Of a stretch of 64,000 nt of DNA, positions 40,865-51,667 are shown piece by piece (within the stretch, counting starts at the first letter, position 1; each line of letters begins with the position of its first letter). This stretch comes from Ministeria vibrans ATCC 50519 (Eukaryota; Protista; Filasterea), in the NCBI GenBank assembly GCA_943704425.1, contig CALSCP010002497.1:20622-84621 (forward strand), in the 5' to 3' direction. The position numbers were made by a program, and so were the translations under genes. Below the pieces are notes generated by a model. It searched no databases. It was not told where the DNA came from and saw only the letters and a list, made by a program, of their open reading frames with translations.

Positions 40865-43800
40865 GAATGTGTACCAGTGAATCGCAGTTTTCAGCTTCCA
40901 TCAGCTGTTTCATGCTTTGTAGCAGCTGGAGCCACAAATCAGGAAAGTCGTCGAGCTCAAGAAGATCGTTGAGGTGCAGCAGAAACACCTTGCACAGCAG
41001 AGCAGACGTGCGCATGCGCATCTCATCCATCCCTACGCACGTCGTACACATACATATTAATTATATCAATCATTATAAAATCATTCTTGTTTCGCCGTAC
41101 CTTTGGGATCTTGTTGGTACACGTTAGGATTGAGAAGAAGTTGTAGCATGGGGAAGAGGACCTGTTGGAAGCAGGCGTGCCAGAGAGGTGGACCCAAAGA
41201 CGCCAGCTTGGGCAGGTTGAGCGCATGTTGTAAGTGCGTGAGCGACGCCTGCCGAGTGGAACGCACAGCGTCCGTGCACGCCTGACTCAACATTTGCAGA
41301 ACGGGACACCAAAACCGACTCCACGCATCGCCGATGGCCAAGGTCGACGACGGCTCCACGGGTGGCATCACCTCGAGCATGTGAAAGGCAACGTCGACGG
41401 CGTCCACAGGCTCACTGTTGCCCTCGAGCGACTCGGCCACGGTGGGTCGTCGCTGTTGCGCCAGAACACTTGCCAGTTGCAGACACTTGTCAAAGTTGTA
41501 CGTATTCAAATGGTTCGTCTCGATCACAATGAAGCGCAGCGTCTCGAGCGATGGCACGCGAGGTGCAGTGCCGGAAGCCGCAGCGCGCACCGCCAAGTCC
41601 AACAGGGCCGCCCACTCGGCGGCACAGTCGCTCAACACGGTCGCATTAAGACGTACAATCTCACGCACACCAAGGGCCACCTGCAACGCTAGCGAAGGCA
41701 CGCCTGCCTCGCCGCTGCCCCCATGTTGTTGCGACGGCGATATCACTTGCAAGTTGAGGTAATCGAGTAGGTGCAGTGCATGTGCCATGTCGGGCTCAAG
41801 CGCCGTCTTGGTGCCAATGAGACGCTTGCACAGGCGCAACACACCAATGGCTGCTCGCTCTTGGTGCATGGTCGGCTGAGTCTGCGCCAAGACAGACGCC
41901 GCTGCAGACGCCAAAATTGAAGTACCACCTGTGGCAATCGCAGGAGTGTCGGTAGCAGAGGCAGCAGCGACAACCGTCTGGGCAGCGGCCGCAGCGGCCA
42001 CCGCCTCTTCCGTCACAAGGATGTTCTGTAGATGGTTGAACACGGTCGTCCACATGGTACACACACGGTCCTTGTTGCGCACGGTTACCTCGAGAAGTAG
42101 TTCGAGGAAGAAGACAGCCGTCTCTTCGTCGTACACACTTCCCGCATCGCGACACGCAGTGGGTCCTTGCGATGCAAACACCAGCGCCTTCACAAGCTCC
42201 AACAACGAATCTTCCGACAAAAACCGACTCTCGCCAAACAAGTCCTCCACGCGACAGCTCACTATACATTGTTCAGCCTAGAAAACATGAACGAAACGAA
42301 TTCATATATATTTTCAGAACATACTTTTCGATTTTTTTTTTTAACCTGTTCTCGGGCTCGAGACTCGTCGGGAGTCGGCATTTCATCGACGGGGTCGTTG
42401 GCAAGAGAAAGGTAGTAGGACATGGCAGACCAGATGCTGGTGTCGGCGCCACGGGCGAGATCGCGCGGGGCGGGGCGACGGAGAGGCACACGACCAGAGG
42501 GAGAGACAAAATCCTCCATTTCAGTCATGGTCTTGGGCAGAAGATGGGCGCGATACAGTTGCTCAAGACACTCAAGAATATCCTTCCAGCCCTCGCGCAA
42601 GATATTGCCGTAGTCTCGTGTCAGTGCAAAGAGCGTTGTTGCCGCCAACTGTGCTTTGACATTCGTCCCAAACGCAATCGCAAGCGACTCGTTCTTCTCC
42701 ACATTCAGCACCGACGTCAGTTTGCACAATGAGATGACAAGGTTGTCAAACACCTACAAACAAACAAAAACATTCATTGATCGGTCGATAAAAAATAAAT
42801 AAAAACAGAAACAAAATTCCATACTTTGCAGAGGGCATAGTGACCGGAGATGATGGCACACTTTTTGTAGCCGGAGATGGCACGTTGGACCACAGCTTCG
42901 TGCTGGGCAGTCTCAAAGACGTAGGAGATAGCAGTGACGCAGGGGCCCCATAGGAGCATGAATACATCTTGGTCGTAGGCGTTGGTGTCGACGCAGTGAT
43001 AGGAGGCGGCCGAGTTGCGACCGCGACGCAACATCTCTTTCCACTGATAGTTCTCGCGCAGTTCGCCGCGGTGCTCTTCGGGCATGACAATCTCGTTGTA
43101 CTTGATTGAGTTGTAGATGTCCTCAAGAAAGTCGCGGGGAAAGTCCTTCTTCTCGTTGAGTTTGCGCTGGTTCTTGACAAAGTCATCAAAGGTCATCTTC
43201 TTCTTGATGTTGGGGTGGTGCTGGTCCGTGTTGAGTTGCATAATAGCAAACGACAAAATGTACGTCGCGTCTTCCGTTGCAAGCACGCCGTCCGCGTTGC
43301 ATGTAAAATATACTTTAGCAAAGCACTAAAAAAAGAAAAAGGAAAAAAAAAAAGTTCAACTTAGTAGCGATCTCTTGGGTGGGGGAGTTTAGGGTACCTC
43401 AATAACACGATCAATCATTTGGGCTTCGCCAGGCAAACGGAAGGACTCGAGGAAGTTGCGCACAGCCTCGACGACACGCATGGAGCGGAAGTTGAAGCTG
43501 TGAGCAAAGGCGTGAAGGACCTCTTCGTTGCCACGCGTCGCAATGTAGTCGCCAATCTGTTTCTTTTCGAGCCAGGGATTGCTGCGGAGAAAATCGGCCA
43601 CTTCTGCTGGGTTGAGTGGGGTGTGCAGAATGCCATTCTCTTGCAAAAATTTGATCCCCTTTTGCGGCTTCGCATTGAACTTTTCGGCGCCTTGGACCAA
43701 AAGAGTTTTCTTGAGTTTGTGCTCAATGAGTTGCTCGGGTGTGGGCAGTGCACGCCCCCATGCCGCCGAGGAAGAGAACGACGGTGACGACGCTGCTGCT

Positions 43801-45795
43801 GCTGTTGGAGTTGGTTCTGCGACAGTGATGAATTGGCTGGGGTTGTCTGAAGAGTGAGCGGGTGAGGCACTGGTGCGGGGAGTGGCCTTGGAGCAGCGGG
43901 ACTCGATGGCGTCGATGATGGAGAGGAGTGCGGCAAACGAGAGCATGTTGGTGGTGTGAAGGTCGGGAGAAGCAGAGAAGGCAGATTTACTGAGAAATTT
44001 GGTGAGGTCGCCAAAGAGATTGCTACAGTAGAGGTCACAGTCGTAGTTGAGGTAGAGTTCCACGACGAGGGTGGGCATACGGCAAAACTGCACGAGAGTT
44101 TCAAGGCAAAGTTCAGCGTGTTCGGCATATTGAGGGCGAGAGTCTTGGATGCGTTCCATGAGGGTGCGAAAGAGATTTTCGAGCTGAAGCTTGAGATGGG
44201 AGCGAAGCGACTCGAAGACGAGAAAGACAAGACGCAGGCCGGGGGTGAGTAGTGAGATGGAGTCGGCCTTGACCATGGCCAAAAGGTTGCGACATAGGCT
44301 GTCGGCAACGAGGAGACGCAACGAGTAGAGGTCGGGCAAGAGGTGACCGCCCGTCTCAAAGGCAATGGTGAGCAGCGACAGACCAATTTGCACCATGTTT
44401 GCCGTGTTGTTGCGGTCGCTCACATTGATGAGAGACACAAGAAAGCGCAGCAGCTCGCGCACGCACGGTAGCCCATAAGGAATGGGAGGAGCGCTTTGCT
44501 GTTCAGCGGCTGTGTCCGTAGTGAGGGTTGCAGAACTAACGGTAGTAGCGGTGGAAGCGATGGTTGCCGTCGGTGGTTGACCATTGACCGCAGTCGATGT
44601 GGAGGCGGGAGCAGTGAAACGAACGCCGTGAGGATTGACAAAGGCTTCTTCTTGCATGGCTGATGAGACAGCCGCCACGACAGGCTCCTGCACAACCGAG
44701 GTGGCACTGGCTGCAGTACTAGAGCCATTCACCTCAACGAGTGGTGGTAGCGAGGCGGCCGTTTCGGGGTCGTGAGTGTCGCTGGTGGTGGTAGTGGTGG
44801 TGGTGGCATCGACAACACCATCGATAGCGGAAGTAGATGGGGTAGGATGGTTTGTGGCGCCTGTGGGCGAACCAGCGGGTGAGGAAACGGTCAAGTGATG
44901 TGACATGTCGAGAAGAGCAGCAGCAGCGGCGGCGGAAGCGGGCTCGGCAGGCTCGTCAAACTCGTGCAAACGACGAAAGAGGAGGTGAACCATGTCGCTG
45001 AGGGTCTGTTCGGTGGTACGTCGAAGGATTTCCGAGAGACGACGCTGAAAGCAAATGCGAAAGCAGGTCTGAATCATTTCGCATACGGCCTCGTCGGAGA
45101 GCAGGCATCCGGCAGGCGAGGCGAGCAGTGCGTGCAAGGCGACAACTATTTTCAAGAGGACCACTTCGTCGCTCATGGCGTCGGTGGAGGGAAAGCGAGC
45201 GTTGGTGACAGCGTCGGCGACCAGGCCGACGCACTCGGCAGCGTGCATGCTGTCGGGAGCAATGAGGCCGTAGGCAAAAAACTTGGCGAGTGACGAGAGG
45301 GCGACACTGGTGATGGCGCCCGAAGTGTCCTGCGATCGAACCACCTCGATGAAGGGGGCGAGCAGAACGTTTGCGTCGAGTCGTCGAAGGTCGTCGCAGT
45401 CGGCTAGAAGCTCTTTGAGTCGGGTGAATCCTGTGAGGAGCGGGTCGCGCTCATCCTGAGAGAGAGAGAGAGACAGAAAGAGACAGAGTGAGAGAGAGAG
45501 AGAGACGCACAGACAGACAGAAAAAGTGAGAGCAGAAAAAAAAAAAAAAAAGACGAGGTTGAAAAAAAACGACTTTTGTGTTGTTTAAACACTGGGAGGT
45601 GCACTCAGGCAAAGACATGGCTTGTACCTGTGCATAAGAGGCCCATCGGACGTTTCGTCGCATGGAGGACACGACGGAGGACGCCTCTCCGGCGAAGACG
45701 TGCACTGCGACACTCGCTGGCAGACACGCGTCTGCTGACTCATCCTGAGGCGGTGGGGCGGCACGAACAGCTCCGGCCGAGGCGGGAGATGTCAT
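40568..45795 (-). CDS. GBF1: Golgi Arf-GEF GBF1/Gea (DCB, HUS, Sec7, HDS domains), multi-exon
   Basis: DTSGAITSVALSS, DEVVLLKI, PYGLPCVRELLRFL, ELYLNYDCDLYCSNLF, Sec7 glutamic finger FRLPGEAQMIDR, LNTDQH, EIVMPEEH, FDNLVISLCKLT, EAIPESMKNVLLVM. Confidence 0.95.
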
Positions 45796-45937
45796 GGCAG
45801 CACAGTCGCGTTGGATGCTCAAGCAGCGTTCAAATGGCTGTGAGAGACGCAAAAAATCACAAAATATTCTGTAATTCATAATCAGATTATTCAGATATTA
45901 TCATTAATTCAATTTTATTCACTCTCTCTTGATACAA

Positions 45938-46170
45938 ATGAAGGTTTCTCTGTGTATCATCGCGGCAGTCGCGGCCGTAGCTCTTGCTGCGCCCGAAGCC
46001 GACTTTGTGCCTGCCCTCCCCGGCTTGACTGAGCCGTTCAAGTCCAAGCTCTACTCTGGCTACTTCCCGGTCGGCGATGGCTCCAAGTTTCTTCACTATC
46101 AGTTCATCGGTACGCATCCCACTTCGCTTCCGTCGTCTACACTCCTCCTTTGCGCTTCTCCTCTTCTTCT

Positions 46171-46201
<31 letters not shown>

Positions 46202-47804
46202 CTTTTTTCGCTCTCGTGTGATGACAACCTTTTCCAACACATGACCTCAACACGCCTCGTCCATTTCTTGACAGAGAGCGAGCGCGATCCTGCCAACGAT
46301 CCTATTGTCTTTTCGTACAACGGCGGCCCTGGCTGCAGCAGGTACGTACAGCGGTTTGGCGAGAGAATCCACATCAGTAAATATATAATTTATTTTGATC
46401 TTTTCAGTCTCGACGCGTTCTTCTATGAGCAAGGACCCTTCCGCTTTAGCCCTGCCGACCCCAAGGCGAACGAGACGCTCACGCTTGCATACAACCCCGA
46501 CCGCTGGAACCGCATTGCGAACATTGTGTTTGTGGAGTCGCCGGCGGGTGTCGGCTACTCGTACGCCAACGATGCGTCCGGCCTGCGCACCAACGACAAC
46601 ATCACGGCCGAGAACAACTACGAGTTTGTCGTCAACTGGCTCAAGGCGTACCCCGAGTACTCGACCAACGATGTCTTCATCTGGGGCGAGAGCTACGCGT
46701 ACGCAATGATTGTGTCCTTGTCTATATCTCATTGTTGTTTATGCGTCTTTGTCGTTGTTGGCTCTAACAGTTTTTTTTTTGTTTGTTGTTGTTGTTGTTT
46801 TTTTTCGACAGTGGCATCTACGTGCCGACTCTTGCAGAGCAGATTATGGTGAAGGGACAGGTGAACCTCAAGGGATTCATGGTGGGCAATGGATGCACTG
46901 GAAACGCTGTGGGCGCCTGCTCGAACCAAGGCAACAAGATCCGCAGCGACTTTCTGTTCGGTCGCGGTCTCTTCTCGGAGGCGCTCAAGAAGAAGATTGA
47001 CGCCGCATGCCCCGACATGGCACACCCCAGTGCGGCGTGTGACGCGGCTTTGCTGGAGCAAGGCGAGGAAGTCGGCAATGTGAACATTTACAACACAGCG
47101 GGTCCCTGTGTCGCCGGCGACGATTCCAAGAAGACTGCCATGTGGCGCATCTCGCCCAAGACGAACGTTGTGGGTGGTCCCATCGAGTGCATTGACGCCA
47201 TTGCGGCCGGCCGCTACCTCAACATGGAGGACGTGCGCACGGCGCTCCACGCTGCACCCGTCGCCAAGACAGGCCAGTGGGAGATTTGCACGTCGCGCAT
47301 CCAGTACGACTCTAACCTGGACTCCCTCATGTCCCTCTACCCGCAGCTCATTGCCAAGTTCCGTGTCCTTATCTACAACGGTACTGAGAGGAGAGAGGAT
47401 AGCGACAAAGAACAAAGTGATAGAGAGAAAGAGAAACAGGGTGCTCAAGAGAAAGAGGAAAAACATGATCGAAGATTCGGACAGAGTGATAGACATGCAC
47501 AGCATATGTGAAGCGAAAAGGGATCAAGAGAGAAAACTGACTCCTCTATTTTGCGCACATAGGTGACACTGACGCGTGCGTGCCGTACAACGGAAACGAG
47601 CAGTGGACTAACGGACTGGGCATTCCCGTCAGCAAGAAGTGGCATCCATGGCTCAGCGACAGTCAGGTCGCAGGCTACGCGACCATCTTTAACGACAACT
47701 TCTCCTTTATCACCGTCCGCGGTGCCGGCCACATGGTGCCCCAATTCCAGCCCACCTACGCTTGGACCATGTTCCAGAACTTTGTCACCAACACCCCCTT
47801 TTAG
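45938..47804 (+). CDS. Serine carboxypeptidase S10 (cathepsin A-like), 5 exons
   Basis: Signal peptide, YSGYF, NGGPGCSSL, ESPAGVGYSY and the catalytic triad motifs GESYAG / NGDTDACVP / GAGHMVP. Confidence 0.95.
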
Positions 47805-47916
47805 TCGATGAAGATTGTGTCTTTTCTTGTGACCTCAATTTTTCCATTGACAAATATCAGAAGAAGGGAAATGAGAAATCAACAATAGTACTACATTGAT
47901 TGAGGAGGGTTTGTTG

Positions 47917-49344
47917 CTAATTTGGGGAAATGTAAATCTCCGAGTGGTTGTAGGCAGCGGCGCCGCCCTTGACGACGCCCCTGAGCTCACGGACCATGCC
48001 GCAGCAGCGAATGGCCGGGTTGCCCCAATTATAGCTGTTGGGGGTGCGCTGGATAGACTGGACACCGTCGCAGAGGGACCGCTTGGCCTCGACCAGCTCA
48101 TACATGCGCGTCATGGGCGGATGTACCGGTTTGTGTCGCAGCAACATGTCGTCAGTGCACCCACGCGTAATCCACCTGAGAAGAGAGTAGTTAAAATTTA
48201 ATATTCGTTTTCCTCGTTTGCTTCTTATTTTTCTCTCGTTCTTTTCTTGCTGATGTTCTTCTTCTTACTCGGTGTCAAAACGCAAGTCGTGGACGCGAGT
48301 AACGTTGAGTGGTCCCAGCCACATGCCGACGTTGACGTCCTCGGCCGTGTAAATATTCCAGTAGCCACGGCCGAGCACAATGTGCTCGACGAGAACCATG
48401 GAGAGGATGTAGCCACCGCCAGCGGCGTACGGCGTGAGCGTTTCACAGATGACGTGCGTGGGAATGGGATACACGCCCGTGGTGTGTGGGCGCCCGTTAC
48501 CAATGAAGTAACCCCAGTAGAGGGGGCGACGCGCACTCACCGGCTGGATCTCTTGGCCGGGCAACTGCTTCATGCGCTCCAGTAGTGTGGGCAGCACCAG
48601 AAACGTGTCATCGTCAGTCTTGAGCACATAGTCACACTCAACGTGCTGCGTGGTCCACCAAAATGCTTCGATGAGCTTGGTGCCGAGCAGCTGCAGTATC
48701 TCAACGACATTGTCGAGCAAGACCATGTCGTTGTACTTTTCTGCTTCTGCGCGCAACGCCGCCAGCTCCTCGTCGCCCAGCCCTACTGTGCCCACAAAGT
48801 ATCGCATCAGTACGCGCGGTCGTTCCGCCGTGCCATTCAGTCGCTCGGGTTGCTCGAGCCAGCGACCCCACGTTTGGCGTTGCAATTGGCGTGCCTCCAT
48901 TTTGCTGGGCGCCGTCACAATCACCACAAACATCTCGGAGCGGAGCAGAATGTCCTTCTCTTGTTTCCCATCGCCCCCACTGGTGTGATCGCGGCTGTCT
49001 TCAACGTGGGGTGCAACAGCAGCACCGGCAGCGGCGGCAGCAGCAGTGGCAAGCGCCGCTTCGACGGCCTCCGCAATGGCCTTCTCCTTGTCGATGTGTG
49101 CGTCGCGCACTCTGTTTGAGACCTCCTCCTCGACCACGCGTCGTCCGACGGACGTCAACTGGCCGTACTTGCTCACGAGCATCTGCACCTCGCCTTGCTG
49201 CGCTGCTGCAAGATCGCCATGGGCGCTGTTCAGACAAGCCGCGTTGCCACCGCCACCAACGTGTATTCCCACCATATACGCGCCAATGGCGACACAAACC
49301 ACAGCTACAACAGCCAGTGGGCTTGGCGTCCGTCGTCTAGACAT
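47917..49344 (-). CDS. B3GALT6: GT31 beta-1,3-galactosyltransferase, B3GALT6-like; exons 49344-48269, 48175-47917
   Basis: Type II TM anchor, R.TW, KTDDDTF, LYWGYF.G, PYAAGGGYILS, EDVNVGMWLGP, HDLRFDTEWITRGC and terminal YNW..P...CC, which is characteristic of B3GALT6. Confidence 0.85.
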
Positions 49345-49421
49345 GAGAAAGACAAATAAATAAATAGTGAAGTCAAGAGACAACTGATCGGAAAGGTTAA
49401 AAGAAATGCACTTTTTTCATC

Positions 49422-49537
49422 ATGTCAAATTTTGGAGATGTCCCATTGAAAGATGTGCCCAAGTGGACTTCCTCTGTGTTCAAGGAGAAGGGTGGCACCG
49501 TCCTGTCCGTGTTCACCAAGCTCACAGCTGGATACCG
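49422..49537 (+). CDS. Probable first exon of mitochondrial ATP synthase subunit f; the remainder probably lies in the N gap
   Basis: ATG-initiated frame MSNFGDVPLKDVPKWTSSVFKEKGGTVLSVFTKLTAGYR ends at a GTAAG donor and resembles the subunit f N-terminus (DVKL.ELP.W ... YY.KY). It is not in the ORF track. Confidence 0.5.
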
Positions 49538-49589
49538 GTAAGAGAGGCCAAAAAAAAAAAAAAAATATGGAAAAAAAAAAAACTCGTCC

Positions 49590-50117
49590 NNNNNNNNNNN
49601 NNNNNNNNNNNNNNNNNNNNNNNNNNNNNNNNNNNNNNNNNNNNNNNNNNNNNNNNNNNNNNNNNNNNNNNNNNNNNNNNNNNNNNNNNNNNNNNNNNNN
49701 NNNNNNNNNNNNNNNNNNNNNNNNNNNNNNNNNNNNNNNNNNNNNNNNNNNNNNNNNNNNNNNNNNNNNNNNNNNNNNNNNNNNNNNNNNNNNNNNNNNN
49801 NNNNNNNNNNNNNNNNNNNNNNNNNNNNNNNNNNNNNNNNNNNNNNNNNNNNNNNNNNNNNNNNNNNNNNNNNNNNNNNNNNNNNNNNNNNNNNNNNNNN
49901 NNNNNNNNNNNNNNNNNNNNNNNNNNNNNNNNNNNNNNNNNNNNNNNNNNNNNNNNNNNNNNNNNNNNNNNNNNNNNNNNNNNNNNNNNNNNNNNNNNNN
50001 NNNNNNNNNNNNNNNNNNNNNNNNNNNNNNNNNNNNNNNNNNNNNNNNNNNNNNNNNNNNNNNNNNNNNNNNNNNNNNNNNNNNNNNNNNNNNNNNNNNN
50101 NNNNNNNNNNNNNNNNN
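49590..50117. other. Assembly gap (528 N)
   Basis: Run of n bases. Smaller gaps occur at ~19689, ~30430 and ~39570, next to microsatellites or poly-A. Confidence 0.99.
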
Positions 50118-50226
50118 TTGGTGTTGGTGCTGAAACGAATATTGACTTTAACTCACTACGACCTTGAGAGAACTCAGATGGTTGGTGTTGGTGCTGAAAC
50201 GAATATTATACATACATTCATTTCTT

Positions 50227-51588
50227 CTACTCCTCATCCTCGTCCAAGATGTGCTTGAGAATGTTGATGCGAATCTTGAAGGCGTCCTTCTTGGCGGCTG
50301 AGACCTTGCCCTCAAGCAGACGCTCGAGACGCGCAATTTCGGACACGACATAGTCGGCACCCTTGGAAGCAATGCGTTGCATCGACTTGGCGTAGACGGA
50401 AGCACCCTCGACGCCCGCCTCGACCTTGGCCTCCACCTGGCTGATCGCCGCTGCCATCTTGTCCTTGCTCGACGACAGGAAGCCCTTGACAAGCGACGTG
50501 AGGTCCTCCAGGACGCCCGCCTTGTCGTGCAGCTGTCCGTCGACTCCACGGCTGTAACACCATACATCAGACGTCAGTTTGGTGTTTTATTTTTGGAGGG
50601 GTTTTTTCTTCGTACCTTGTGCCGGCCGCCTTGTTGATGTAGTCGACAATGTCCTTGGCAGTGCGTCCGCCGCTGTAGGGAATGCCTTCGCCGTTGCTCT
50701 CGGCCGTGAACAGTTTGAGAGTTGGGAAGCCCGTCACGCCGTACTTGGTGCCGAGCGCCTTGTGGGCGTCCGCATCCACCGATGCAATCACCACCGACGG
50801 TTCGTTCTTGAACGCCTTGGCGACAATCTCGTACTCGGGAGCTGTGCGAGTGAGAGATCAAATTGCAAAATATTGTGCGTCAGCGAATGGACATTTTTCG
50901 TATAAGGCCGTCATCGTTACCAAGCGTCTTGCAATGGCCGCACCAGGGCGCAAAGAACTCGACAAAGGCAAACTTTTGCGACTTGATCACGACATCCTCA
51001 AAGTTGGATTCGTCCAGGGCCTGCACAGCGCTGTCGCCGCCCGCCCCGCGACGCAGACCCACCTTGCCATTAATAAACTTGATCAGATCGGCCGCGCTAC
51101 GGCCGCCCGAGTACTCTTCGGGCTCGGTGGAGCCGCTGGGAAAGTAGCGCAGCGAAGGATAGCCACGGATTCCAAATCGCTGGCACAGAGCAGCGTGCGC
51201 GTCACAATCGACGCTGATAATGTCGACGGGGTCCGAAGCAAAGGCAGTGGCAAACACCTAAGAGGGCGAGGAGAGGAGCGTGAGGAGTGACAGGATGAAG
51301 AAGAACAAGAAGAGAGAAAAAAAAAAAAGAAAAAGCAAACGATCGGATCGGTGCGCAGACCTCATATTCCGGCGCCAGCTTCTTGCAGTGACCGCACCAC
51401 GGGGCAAAGAACTCGGCAAAGACGGGGCGAGAGCCGCCGACAGTCTACGGAGGGGAAGGCACAGGAAGTTAATGATGAGTTGAACGGCGCATCGTTTGTA
51501 CAGTGTCAAAGCTGCTCTCGTCCAGGGGAAGGACGTTGGCGGCCGACGCCACCGCCAAGGTGGGGAGGATCAAGAGGAGGGAGAGCAT
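50227..51588 (-). CDS. Protein disulfide isomerase, a-a'-D type (PDI-D/ERp38-like), 5 exons
   Basis: Signal peptide, two [10 protein letters not shown] thioredoxin sites, [21 protein letters not shown], and an ERp29-like C-terminal helical domain (YAKSMQRI...EIARLERLL...[12 protein letters not shown]). Confidence 0.92.
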
Positions 51589-51667
51589 ATGTGAAAAATA
51601 ATGATTAAAATTTAAAAATTAGAGAAGTTGATATAAAGTAGAAACAATATGACAACATCATAATGGT

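Noticed and set aside
50118-50207. CRISPR-like repeat-spacer
   Set aside because: Only two copies, no palindrome, no cas genes and a eukaryotic context.
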